From Accumulibacter sp. (lineage in GTDB: Bacteria; Pseudomonadota; Gammaproteobacteria; Burkholderiales; Rhodocyclaceae), in NCBI RefSeq assembly GCF_032229525.1, contig NZ_JAVTWB010000049.1, positions 2,315 to 66,314 of the forward strand: a stretch of 64,000 nucleotides of DNA. The letters are read 5' to 3'. The translations under genes and the position numbers were made by a program. The notes under the pieces were generated by a model. The model ran no database searches, was not told where the DNA came from, and worked only from the letters and a program-made list of their open reading frames with translations. Shown one piece after another: positions 40,972 through 50,429 of the stretch (its first letter is position 1; every line of letters begins with the position of its first letter).

Positions 40972-41582
40972 TTCACATCGTGGACTATGGTTTGGGGAAC
41001 ATCCAGGCGTTTGTCACCATGTACAAGCGCCTGGGCGTGGCGACGGTGCGTGCTCGATGCGAGGATGACCTGCGCGATGCGAACAAGCTGATCCTCCCGG
41101 GCGTCGGCGCTTTTGACCATGCCATGGCCTTGCTTGATGCTTCTGGAATGCGCCAAGCGCTTGAACAGCTGGTGAAACGGGACCGCGTGCCCGTATTGGG
41201 CATTTGTGTTGGTATGCAGATCCTTGCCGATTCCAGCGAAGAGGGTGTTGGGGCGGGCCTCGGTTGGGTCAAGGGGCAGGTGCGCAGCTTTGCCGGCAAT
41301 CCGGCTTCCGCCGCTTTGCCCATGCCGCACATGGGGTGGAACGATGTTCTTCCCGCTGCCGGGTGCCGCTTGTTTAAAACGCTGGAAGATGAGGCCCGCT
41401 TCTATTTCCTGCATTCGTACTACTTGGAATGTGCAGACGTGACAAGTGCGGTGGCACGCGCGGACTACGGCTTCAGGTTTGCTTGCGCAGTGCAGAATGA
41501 TAATGTCTTTGGTGTACAGTTCCACCCCGAAAAGAGCCATCACTGGGGTGCGGCGCTCTTGAAGAACTTCGCGGAGCTCTGA
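40968..41582 (+). CDS. HisH-like class-I glutaminase (WbuY-like)
   Basis: DYGLGN, PGVGAF, LGICVGMQ, PHMGWN, YFLHSY and QFHPEKS. The context is a polysaccharide cluster, not the his operon. Confidence 0.9.
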   Translation: MIHIVDYGLGNIQAFVTMYKRLGVATVRARCEDDLRDANKLILPGVGAFDHAMALLDASGMRQALEQLVKRDRVPVLGICVGMQILADSSEEGVGAGLGWVKGQVRSFAGNPASAALPMPHMGWNDVLPAAGCRLFKTLEDEARFYFLHSYYLECADVTSAVARADYGFRFACAVQNDNVFGVQFHPEKSHHWGAALLKNFAEL

Positions 41583-41583
41583 G

Positions 41584-42381
41584 ATGCTACGCCCAAGAAT
41601 CATTCCGTGCTTGCTGGTGCATCAGGGCGGGCTCGTCAAAACCGTTGAATTCAAAGACCCAAAATACGTTGGTGATCCGATCAATGCGGTCAGGATTTTC
41701 AATGAAAAAGAGGCGGACGAACTGATCGTTCTCGATATCGATGCCACGGTCAAGGGGGCTGAACCGGATTACCGGATGATTGCCAATCTGGCCGCCGAGT
41801 GCCGCATGCCCTTGTGTTACGGCGGTGGCGTCCGGACGCCGGAGCAGGCCAAGAAGATCATCGGCCTTGGCGTCGAGAAGATCGCCATGAGCACGGCGGC
41901 AGTTGAAGATGCGACGCTGGTTTCCCGCACGGCGGACGCGGTGGGCCGGCAAAGTGTGGTGGTCGTTCTGGATGTGCGCAGGAAAGCCGGACTTTTCGCC
42001 TCCGGCTACGAAGTCTTCACTGGCAACGGCAAAAAAGCGCAAAGTGGAGACCCCTTCAAGCTGGCAGAGCGGATGCAGGCGGCCGGCGCGGGCGAGATCA
42101 TCATCAATTCGATCGAGCGTGACGGCCAGATGAAGGGCTACGACCTGGCCCTGGCGACCAGAATGCGGCGCGAATCGCGGATTCCGCTTACTCTGCTAGG
42201 CGGCGCTGGCTCTCATCACGACCTTGAAGCGCTGCTGGGTGCATGTGGCGTGGTGGGTGCTTCCGCTGGTAGTCTGTTCGTTTTCAAGGGGCCATATCGC
42301 GCTGTTCTGATCAACTATCCCACGCCAGAGCAGAAGGACGCGATTTGCCGTGCCGGCCTTGCGTCGTATTCGTTGTCATAA
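41584..42381 (+). CDS. HisF-like cyclase-fold subunit (WbuZ/AglZ-like)
   Basis: RIIPCLL, GDPINAVRIFNEKEADEL, PLCYGGG and GSLFVFKG...AVLINYP. Confidence 0.9.
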   Translation: MLRPRIIPCLLVHQGGLVKTVEFKDPKYVGDPINAVRIFNEKEADELIVLDIDATVKGAEPDYRMIANLAAECRMPLCYGGGVRTPEQAKKIIGLGVEKIAMSTAAVEDATLVSRTADAVGRQSVVVVLDVRRKAGLFASGYEVFTGNGKKAQSGDPFKLAERMQAAGAGEIIINSIERDGQMKGYDLALATRMRRESRIPLTLLGGAGSHHDLEALLGACGVVGASAGSLFVFKGPYRAVLINYPTPEQKDAICRAGLASYSLS

Positions 42382-42391
42382 GCGAGACCTA

Positions 42392-43426
42392 ATGTTCAAA
42401 GACAAGACTCTTTTGATTACCGGTGGCACCGGCTCGTTCGGTAGCGCGGTTATCCGGCAGTTTCTCAATTCCGACCTGCGCGAAATCCGCATTCTCAGCC
42501 GCGACGAGAAGAAGCAGAACGACATGCGTACGCGCTATCACGACGCCAAGCTGAAGTTCTACCTCGGCGATGTGCGCGATTATCAGGCGGTGTTGAATGC
42601 CATGCGCGGCGTCGATTTGGTTTTTCACGCTGCGGCGCTCAAGCAGGTCCCCTCCTGCGAGTTCCACCCGCTCGAAGCGGTCAAGACCAACGTGTTGGGT
42701 ACGGAGAACGTGCTTGAGGCGGCGATTAGCTGTTCGGTCAAGCGGGTGGTTTGTCTTAGCACCGACAAGGCCGTTTATCCGATCAACGCCATGGGGATTT
42801 CGAAGGCCATGATGGAAAAAGTCATGGTCGCCAAGTCGCGTGGCAGTAGCGAAACGGTGATCTGCGGTACGCGTTACGGCAATGTGATGGCCTCCCGCGG
42901 GTCGGTGATTCCCTTGTTCATTGAGCAGATTCGCTCGGGTAAGCCGATTACCGTCACCGATCCGAACATGACGCGCTTCATGATGACCCTCGATGATGCG
43001 CTCGATCTGGTGCTTTATGCCTTTGAGCAGGGCAGTTCTGGTGACATCTTTGTCCAGAAAGCGCCGGCGGCTACGGTAGACACCTTGGCCAAGGCGCTGA
43101 TTTCAATCATGGGTGTGCCGAATCATGAAATCCGGGTCATCGGTACGCGTCACGGCGAAAAGCTGTATGAAGCCCTGCTTAGCCGAGAGGAGCGCGTAGC
43201 AGCGGAAGACAGGGGTGCCTATTACCGCGTGCCGCCCGATCTGCGCGACCTGAATTACGGCAAGTTCGTGGAAGAAGGTGAACCGAGAATTTCGCTTGCG
43301 GACGACTACAACTCCCACAATACCGAACGGCTGGATGTCGAAGAGATGAAGGAGCTCCTGCGTCGTTTGAGCTTCGTTCAAGCGATGGTGCGTGGCGAAA
43401 CCCCCCACTCGGATGAGTGGCTGTGA
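42392..43426 (+). CDS. fnlA: UDP-GlcNAc 4,6-dehydratase/5-epimerase FnlA (WbjB/CapE)
   Basis: TGGTGSFG, SRDEKKQ, AALKQVPSCEF, STDKAVYPINAMG, SRGSVIP and YNSHNT. Confidence 0.92.
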   Translation: MFKDKTLLITGGTGSFGSAVIRQFLNSDLREIRILSRDEKKQNDMRTRYHDAKLKFYLGDVRDYQAVLNAMRGVDLVFHAAALKQVPSCEFHPLEAVKTNVLGTENVLEAAISCSVKRVVCLSTDKAVYPINAMGISKAMMEKVMVAKSRGSSETVICGTRYGNVMASRGSVIPLFIEQIRSGKPITVTDPNMTRFMMTLDDALDLVLYAFEQGSSGDIFVQKAPAATVDTLAKALISIMGVPNHEIRVIGTRHGEKLYEALLSREERVAAEDRGAYYRVPPDLRDLNYGKFVEEGEPRISLADDYNSHNTERLDVEEMKELLRRLSFVQAMVRGETPHSDEWL

Positions 43427-44529
43427 AAGTTCTCGTTACCGGTTCCAATGGCTTCATCGGCAAGAACTTGATGGTTCGCCTTGGTGAGCTGGCGGCGTTC
43501 GAAGCCATTGAATTTGATCGTCAAGATTCGCTGGCCGACCTCGCGGAACGGGTGACTCGAAGCGACGCCATTGTGCATCTGGCAGGCGTCAACCGGCCGA
43601 AGAACGTCGAGGAGTTTGCTGCGGGTAATGCCGATCTGACGGGACAGCTTTGTGACTTGATCGCAGCAACGAACCGAAAGATCCCACTGATCATCTCGTC
43701 TTCCACCCAAGCCGCTCTGGCCAACCCCTATGGCGAGAGCAAGCGGGCTGCCGAAGTGGCCGGTGAATTGCTGGCAGAAAAGACTGGCAATCCGGTGGTT
43801 GTCTATCGCCTGCCCAACGTGTTCGGTAAATGGTGCCGCCCGAATTACAATTCAGTGGTAGCGACCTTCTGCCACAATGTCGCCAATGATCTGCCGATCG
43901 AGATTAGGGCTCCTGCCGCCGCCCTTGAACTGGTCTATGTGGATGATCTCGTCGCCCAATTCATTGATACGCTGTGTGCGGCGCCAGCCGGTGTGAGCAG
44001 GGGAGTGGTCAGCCCGGTTTACGGCATTACGCTGGGTGATCTGGCGGAGCAGATCGGCGCCTTCCGGAACTGCCGCGATAGCTTGGTTTCGGAGCGAGTG
44101 GGGACCGGGCTGGTGCGCGCCTTGTATGCTACCTACGTCACTTATCTACCACTCGCCAAGTTGGCCTACGACCTCCCCAAACACGGCGATGAGCGCGGCG
44201 TGTTTGTCGAAATGCTGAAGACGAAGGATTCCGGGCAGTTCTCGTTCTTCACCGCCCATCCGGGGACTACTCGGGGTGGACACTATCACCACACCAAGAC
44301 CGAGAAATTCCTGGTCGTCAAGGGCTCGGCACGTTTCGGTTTCCGGCATGTGGTCACAGATGAACAGTACGAGGTCCTTACGTCGGGCGACAAACCCCAG
44401 GTCGTCGAAACCGTGCCAGGCTGGGCGCACGATATCACCAATGTCGGTGTTGACGATATGGTGGTCATGCTGTGGGCCAACGAGATCTTCGACCGCACCC
44501 GTTCGGATACCATCGCCGCAAAGGTTTGA
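43423..44529 (+). CDS. fnlB: FnlB (WbjC/CapF) reductase/epimerase with cupin domain
   Basis: TGSNGFIG, HLAGVNRP, PYGESK, PNVFGKWCRPNYNS, D.RG.F.E and HYHHTK.EKF. Confidence 0.92.
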   Translation: MKVLVTGSNGFIGKNLMVRLGELAAFEAIEFDRQDSLADLAERVTRSDAIVHLAGVNRPKNVEEFAAGNADLTGQLCDLIAATNRKIPLIISSSTQAALANPYGESKRAAEVAGELLAEKTGNPVVVYRLPNVFGKWCRPNYNSVVATFCHNVANDLPIEIRAPAAALELVYVDDLVAQFIDTLCAAPAGVSRGVVSPVYGITLGDLAEQIGAFRNCRDSLVSERVGTGLVRALYATYVTYLPLAKLAYDLPKHGDERGVFVEMLKTKDSGQFSFFTAHPGTTRGGHYHHTKTEKFLVVKGSARFGFRHVVTDEQYEVLTSGDKPQVVETVPGWAHDITNVGVDDMVVMLWANEIFDRTRSDTIAAKV

Positions 44530-44530
44530 T

Positions 44531-45661
44531 ATGAAGAAGCTGAAAGTCATGACCGTGGTAGGCACCCGCCCGGAGATCATCCGCCTATCGCGCGTGGTGG
44601 CAAAGCTGGACGAACATTGCGAGCACGTGATCGTGCACACGGGTCAGAATTACGATTACGAACTGAATCAGATATTTTTCGACGACCTGGCTATCCGCAC
44701 ACCCGACCACTTTCTGAATGCAGCCGGGGCCAGCGGTGCCGAAACCATCGGCAAGGTCATTATTGCGGTCGACACCGTTTTGGCGGTAGAAAAGCCGCAT
44801 GCAATGCTCGTGCTGGGTGACACCAACAGCTGCATGGCAGTGATTCCGGCCAAGCGCCGCAAGATTCCGATCTTCCACATGGAGGCGGGTAATCGCTGCT
44901 TCGACATGCGTGTGCCAGAAGAGATCAACCGCCGCATCGTCGACCATACCGCCGACATCAACCTGACGTACAGCACCAGCGCCCGTGACTATCTGCTGCG
45001 CGAAGGCTTGCCACCCGACATGGTAATCAAGGTCGGTAGCCCGATGTTCGAGGTGCTTAACCACTATCGGGCAGGCATTGAGCAGTCGGATGTGCTGTCA
45101 CGACTGCAACTCGAGGCCGGGAAATTCTTCGTCGTCAGCGCTCACCGCGAAGAAAACATCGATTCCGACTGCAACTTCCTCAAGCTGGTCGGCGTTGTCA
45201 ATCAGCTGGCCGAAAGCTACGGCTACCCGGTGATCGTTTCCACCCACCCGCGTACGCGAAATCGGGTGGATGCCCTAAGTATCCGGTTTGGTCCTTTGGT
45301 TCGCCTGTTAAAGCCCCTTGGCTTCAAGGATTACAACAAGCTGCAACTGACCGCCAAAGCAGTGTTATCCGACAGCGGAACGATCAACGAAGAGTCCTCG
45401 ATCCTCAATTTCCCGGCGCTGAACCTGCGCGAAGCGCACGAGCGGCCCGAAGGCATGGAAGAGGCGGCGGTGATGATGGTCGGCCTGGAGGTCGAGCGCG
45501 TCATGCAGGCGCTGGCGATTCTGGAGAGCCAGCCGCGCGGTGACAGTCGTGGTCTTCGGCTGGTGGGCGACTACAGCGTGCCGAACGTTGCAGAGAAGGT
45601 GGTGCGGATCGTTCACAGCTACGTGGATTACGTGAACCGGGTGGTGTGGAAGCGGTATTGA
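44531..45661 (+). CDS. fnlC: UDP-2-acetamido-2,6-dideoxy-L-talose 2-epimerase FnlC (WbjD/CapG)
   Basis: VGTRPEIIRLS, HTGQNYDYEL, LGDTNS, HMEAGNRCFD, SDSGT and ERPEG. Confidence 0.92.
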   Translation: MKKLKVMTVVGTRPEIIRLSRVVAKLDEHCEHVIVHTGQNYDYELNQIFFDDLAIRTPDHFLNAAGASGAETIGKVIIAVDTVLAVEKPHAMLVLGDTNSCMAVIPAKRRKIPIFHMEAGNRCFDMRVPEEINRRIVDHTADINLTYSTSARDYLLREGLPPDMVIKVGSPMFEVLNHYRAGIEQSDVLSRLQLEAGKFFVVSAHREENIDSDCNFLKLVGVVNQLAESYGYPVIVSTHPRTRNRVDALSIRFGPLVRLLKPLGFKDYNKLQLTAKAVLSDSGTINEESSILNFPALNLREAHERPEGMEEAAVMMVGLEVERVMQALAILESQPRGDSRGLRLVGDYSVPNVAEKVVRIVHSYVDYVNRVVWKRY

Positions 45662-45668
45662 GGCTGAC

Positions 45669-46925
45669 GTGCGAATTCTTGTCGTCAGCCAGTATTTCTG
45701 GCCGGAGAACTTCAGGATCAATGACCTGGTGGCCGAGTGTTGTGAGCGGGGGCACGAGGTTACGGTATTGACCGGGTACCCCAACTATCCTTCAGGCGAG
45801 GTCTTCCCCGAGTTCCAAAGAAATCCGAGCGCGTACACAACCTATGCTGCTGCGCGCATCGTTCGCGTGCCAATGGTATCCCGCGGCAGGGGTGGTCTGC
45901 GGCTCATGCTCAATTATGCGAGCTTTGCCGTCAGCGCCATGGCGCTTGGGGCGTGGCGGCTACGTGGGGAGATGTTCGATGTCATATTTGTCTTTGAGCC
46001 GTCGCCCATCACCGTTGGCTTGCCGGCGGTGTTTCTCCGCTACCTGAAACGGGCGCCATTGGCATTCTGGGTACTGGATCTTTGGCCGGAAACCCTTGAG
46101 GCCGTGGGCGTCGTCAGCTCCAAAAAGGTGTTGAAGGCGGTTGGCCTGGTGGTGTCGTTCATCTATAACCGGTGCGATATGGTCTTGGCGCAGTCAAGGA
46201 GCTTTATTCCTCAGATTCGCCGGTATTGCAAGGCTGACAAGGTCGTCGAGTATTTCCCGAGTTGGTCGGATGCCGAGTTCAATACTTCGGCCGCCGAGGC
46301 GGCTAAAGAGGTTCCTGCGAGCGAAGGAGTTTTCAGCATCATGTTTACCGGGAACATCGGGGATGCGCAGGATTTCCCGTCAGTTCTTGATGCCGCGGAG
46401 CGACTCAAAGAAGACAAGAGCATACGCTGGTTGATCGTGGGCGACGGCCGTGCTTCCGACTGGGTCAAGTCGGAGGTAAGACAGCGAGGTCTTGAGCATT
46501 GCGTTTTCATGCTGGGGCGTTACCCGATTAACCGTATGCCTTCTTTCTATCGACGTGCTGATGCGTTGTTGGTGTCCTTGAAGGATGAACCGGTTTTTGC
46601 CATGACTATTCCTGGCAAACTTCAGTCTTACCTGGCAGCGGGCATTCCAGTTCTTGCCATGTTGAATGGTGAGGGCGCGGAGATTGTTGCGCGCTCCGGC
46701 GCTGGGCTTTCGTGCCCGGCCGGAGATGGAGAGGCGCTGTCTGTGGCTGCGCGGCAGCTCGCTTGCATGGACAGCGATAGGCGGCAAGCAATGGGCGCAC
46801 GTGGTTTGGCGCTCTACAAAGAGGAGTTCGACAGAGCGGCGCTGATTTCGCGCTTGCTGTCCTGGTTCGAGGATTTGTCGGCGGGTAGAACGGGTAAGCT
46901 CAGGCGAAGGGAGCACCGTCGATGA
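45669..46925 (+). CDS. wbuB: GT4 L-FucNAc/FucNAm transferase (WbuB/WbjE-like)
   Basis: VSQYFWPE, TGYPNYPSG, WVLDLWPE, FTGNIG.AQ and IPGKLQSYLAAG.P. Confidence 0.85.
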   Translation: MRILVVSQYFWPENFRINDLVAECCERGHEVTVLTGYPNYPSGEVFPEFQRNPSAYTTYAAARIVRVPMVSRGRGGLRLMLNYASFAVSAMALGAWRLRGEMFDVIFVFEPSPITVGLPAVFLRYLKRAPLAFWVLDLWPETLEAVGVVSSKKVLKAVGLVVSFIYNRCDMVLAQSRSFIPQIRRYCKADKVVEYFPSWSDAEFNTSAAEAAKEVPASEGVFSIMFTGNIGDAQDFPSVLDAAERLKEDKSIRWLIVGDGRASDWVKSEVRQRGLEHCVFMLGRYPINRMPSFYRRADALLVSLKDEPVFAMTIPGKLQSYLAAGIPVLAMLNGEGAEIVARSGAGLSCPAGDGEALSVAARQLACMDSDRRQAMGARGLALYKEEFDRAALISRLLSWFEDLSAGRTGKLRRREHRR

Positions 46926-47887
46926 TCCTGGTTACTGGTGCAACCGGTTTCGTTGGCCGGGCATTGTGCGCTTCTCTCTGTGAGCGGGGTCCGTTGCGGA
47001 TTAGCGTGCGTAAAAGGGTGGCGGGCGAATGGCCGGAAGGCGTGGACGTAGTCCAGGCTTCACTGTCTCCTGATCAGGATTGGACGGGTAGCATGCCGGG
47101 AGTCAACGTCGTCGTTCACTGTGCGGCGCGCGTGCACATGATGAAGGACCGAGCCGCCGATCCCTTGGCCGAGTTCCGTCGGGTGAATGTCGAGGGTACC
47201 TTGCGTTTGGCGCGGCAAGCCGCCGAGGCGGGGGTGCGGAGGTTTGTGTCTCTCAGTTCGATCAAGGTGAATGGCGATTATTCGCAGCCCGGACGACCAT
47301 TTACCGTCGACCAGCACCCTGAACCTGGCGATCCCTACGCGGTTTCCAAGTGCGAGGCCGAAGCGGGGCTGCGAGTCGTGTCGCAGGATACGGGCATGGA
47401 GGTGGTGATCATCCGTCCACCGCTGGTCTATGGGCCGGGGGTCGAGGCGAATTTCCTGGCGATGATGCGCTGGCTGTCGAGCGGCATTCCACTGCCGTTG
47501 GGCGGGATCACCGAAAACCGTCGCAGTCTTGTCTTTCTGGACAATCTCGTCGACCTGATTGTCGCCTGCATCTACCATCCAGCTGCTGCCAACCGGACCT
47601 TCCTGGTTTCCGATGACGAAGACCTATCGACGGCTGCATTACTGCGCCGGCTGGCAGCAGCCCTCGGGCGGCCAGCCCGCTTGCTTCCATTGCCGGCGGG
47701 ATTGATTGCGCTGGGCGCAAAACTCGTCGGGCGACCGGGCATCGCCCAACGTTTGTGCGACTCGTTGCAGGTGGATATCAGCAACACCAAGGCGCTGCTC
47801 GGCTGGTCGCCACCGGTGAGCGTAGATGAGGGACTGCGTCGCGTGGCTGAGGATTGGCTCAGGAACGGCAGCGGATGCTTGATTTAA
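46922..47887 (+). CDS. NAD-dependent epimerase/4-reductase (WbpV/WbpK-like)
   Basis: TGATGFVG, HCAARVH, SSIKVNG, YAVSK and RPPLVYGPG. Confidence 0.88.
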   Translation: MILVTGATGFVGRALCASLCERGPLRISVRKRVAGEWPEGVDVVQASLSPDQDWTGSMPGVNVVVHCAARVHMMKDRAADPLAEFRRVNVEGTLRLARQAAEAGVRRFVSLSSIKVNGDYSQPGRPFTVDQHPEPGDPYAVSKCEAEAGLRVVSQDTGMEVVIIRPPLVYGPGVEANFLAMMRWLSSGIPLPLGGITENRRSLVFLDNLVDLIVACIYHPAAANRTFLVSDDEDLSTAALLRRLAAALGRPARLLPLPAGLIALGAKLVGRPGIAQRLCDSLQVDISNTKALLGWSPPVSVDEGLRRVAEDWLRNGSGCLI

Positions 47888-48294
47888 CAGACGAGAGGCG
47901 CGCGCTGTGCCCGTGTGCACCGAGAATCCCATTACCTTCAGTGCACCAAGGGGCATAATGTAGCGCCGTGCCGGCACGGTTACCCGGGTGGGCAAAGAGA
48001 ACATGCCGCATCGCCGCCGCTCCGCGCGTCGCGCACCAGCGCATCACGACGAGGTCTAGAAAAACACCCGAAACGCGGCAATATGCAAATGAGCTGCGTT
48101 GTAAAGCAGATGGTCACGGGGTGTCCGGAGTCGGGTTTTCGATTTCTTTGCAGCCTCTGACTCCGTTGATCGCTGGTGGCCAAGACCGTGCGCATGACGT
48201 TAACCCGAGGACCTGAATACGTTCAGGGCCACGAACTGATTGGTACCTTACAGGCGATGGATACGGTATTGGCCGATGGCGGCTTAGCGGAATC

Positions 48295-50187
48295 ATGAAG
48301 AGATTTGTTCCCGAACGGATTTCCAGCTATCTGGTGCTTATGACGCGCCCGGCCAAGCAGGGGATGATGCTGGTGGCGGATGCGACCTTGTTGGTCTTCG
48401 CCGTCTGGGCAGCATATGCTATTCGCCTGGGCGAGTGGCATGTGCCAAACCGGGAACAAGCACTGCTGATGGCCGTGGCGCCGCTTCTGGCAACGCCGGT
48501 CTTCCTGAAAATGGGGCTTTATCGCTCGGTGATTCGCTACTTGGGCGAACAGGCGCTATGGGCGGTGGTCAAGGCGATGTCACTGGCCGCGCTGTTGTGG
48601 GCCGCGCTGGCGTTCATGACACAGATGACCGGCGTGGAAGGTGTACCCCGGGCTGTGCCGCTTCTCTACTGGATGATCGGGATGGTGCTGATCGGCGGTT
48701 TGCGCTTTGGGGCGCGCTGGGTTCTCTGGTTTCCGGTGCGGGATCGCTTTGCTGGCAGACAGGTACTGATCTATGGCGCTGGTGGTGCCGGGCGGCAACT
48801 TGCGGAATCACTGCGGCGTGGGCGTGATCTCTTTCCGGCCGGTTTTCTGGACGATGATAGTACGCTGCACGGGAAGGACATGGCGGGTCTGCGGGTGTAT
48901 GCGCCGGAGCAGTTGCCTTCGCTGATCGAGCGCTTCGACATTCATGATGTCATCGTTACCTTGCCTTCGGCATCGGGCGCTCGACGGCGTGAGGTCGTCG
49001 GGTCCTTGGAGAAGTACCCTCTGCGGGTCCGCATCCTGCCGGCACTGACGGATATTGCAAACGGTCGGCACCTGGTGAATATGGTGCGCGAAGTCGATAT
49101 CGGCGACCTCCTGGGTCGCGACCCCGTGGCCGCCGACCCGGCTCTGCTCGGGCGTTGCATTACCGGTAAGGCGGTTCTGGTGACTGGCGCAGGGGGGTCG
49201 ATTGGCTCTGAACTGTGCTTGCAGATCGCCGCGCTTCAGCCGGGCAGACTGATACTGCTTGAAGCGAGCGAGCATGCGCTGTACCAGATCCACAGGGTAT
49301 TGCGGTCCGTGCTTGACTGCGAGTTGGTCCCCTGTCTCGGATCGGTGGGCGACGCCGCCCTGGTATCGCACCTGTTGGCGAGCTACGGGGTTGAAACGGT
49401 GTACCACGCTGCCGCCCACAAGCATGTCCCAATGGTCGAGGCGAATGTCCTGGCAGGAGCGTGCAACAACGTGCTGGGCACCTTGGTGCTTGCCCGAGCG
49501 GCTTTTGATGCGGGCGTGGAAGCCTTCGTGCTGGTTTCCACCGACAAGGCGGTGCGCCCAACGAATGTTATGGGGGCCACCAAGCGCTGGGCGGAACTTG
49601 TCGTTCAGGGCCTTGCCCGACAGGCTACGATAGAAGCGACCGGCCAGCGCTTCTGTGCCGTTCGCTTTGGTAACGTACTTGGCTCTTCGGGCTCGGTGAT
49701 TCCGCTGTTCAAGGAGCAGATTGCCCAGAGCGGTCCGGTAACGGTAACTCATGCCGAAGTGACGCGCTATTTCATGTCCATCCATGAAGCGGTGCAACTG
49801 GTGATCCAGACCGGCAGTCTCGCCGATGGCGGAGAAATCTTCTTGCTCGACATGGGCGAGCCCGTACGAGTTCTCGATCTGGCGCGGAACATGATCCGCC
49901 TCGCGGGTTATACCGTGCGCGACGAGGCCAACCCCGAGGGTGAAATTGAAATTGCCATCACCGGCCTGCGACCAGGCGAAAAGCTTTACGAGGAACTGCT
50001 GATTGCCAGCAGCAACGCGGTAAGCACCATGCACCCAAAAATCATGAAAGCCGACGAACCGTCTCTCGATTCAGATACTCTGGCCGGGTTGATCGAACAG
50101 TTGAACGCCGCGCTTGACGCGCGAGATGAAGCGGCAGTACGGATGGTATTGATGGCGGCGGCGGCAGACCAGGATTCTTGCCCCTGA
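48295..50187 (+). CDS. wbpM: Membrane-bound UDP-GlcNAc 4,6-dehydratase (WbpM/CapD/PglF)
   Basis: Four N-terminal TM segments, IYGAG..G, TGAGGSIGSELC, HAAAHKHVP, STDKAVRP, RFGNVLGSSGSV and GLRPGEKLYEEL. Confidence 0.93.
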   Translation: MKRFVPERISSYLVLMTRPAKQGMMLVADATLLVFAVWAAYAIRLGEWHVPNREQALLMAVAPLLATPVFLKMGLYRSVIRYLGEQALWAVVKAMSLAALLWAALAFMTQMTGVEGVPRAVPLLYWMIGMVLIGGLRFGARWVLWFPVRDRFAGRQVLIYGAGGAGRQLAESLRRGRDLFPAGFLDDDSTLHGKDMAGLRVYAPEQLPSLIERFDIHDVIVTLPSASGARRREVVGSLEKYPLRVRILPALTDIANGRHLVNMVREVDIGDLLGRDPVAADPALLGRCITGKAVLVTGAGGSIGSELCLQIAALQPGRLILLEASEHALYQIHRVLRSVLDCELVPCLGSVGDAALVSHLLASYGVETVYHAAAHKHVPMVEANVLAGACNNVLGTLVLARAAFDAGVEAFVLVSTDKAVRPTNVMGATKRWAELVVQGLARQATIEATGQRFCAVRFGNVLGSSGSVIPLFKEQIAQSGPVTVTHAEVTRYFMSIHEAVQLVIQTGSLADGGEIFLLDMGEPVRVLDLARNMIRLAGYTVRDEANPEGEIEIAITGLRPGEKLYEELLIASSNAVSTMHPKIMKADEPSLDSDTLAGLIEQLNAALDARDEAAVRMVLMAAAADQDSCP

Positions 50188-50429
50188 GCCGAATCGGTCA
50201 ATGCCTCTTGAACCCAAAAAAGCTTGCATGCGTCAAATTGTGCAAATATCGCGATCAGATGATTGGTTGATCCAGTGCGAGCTGTCCGTGTCGCGCGCGG
50301 CGTAGCCGGCAGCGGCGCCGACAGCGCGCCGCCGCTTCAGGCGGCCAGTCTCAGCAACTGACGATTGGAAATGCCCGGTCGGAGCCGGCTTTGGTAGAAT
50401 GCCGCTTTGCCCCGGTTGCGCCACGTCCA

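Noticed and set aside
40968-42381. Calling these the histidine-biosynthesis hisH and hisF genes
   Set aside because: They are coupled to wbuX inside a glycan locus with no other his genes, so they are WbuY/WbuZ-type paralogues.
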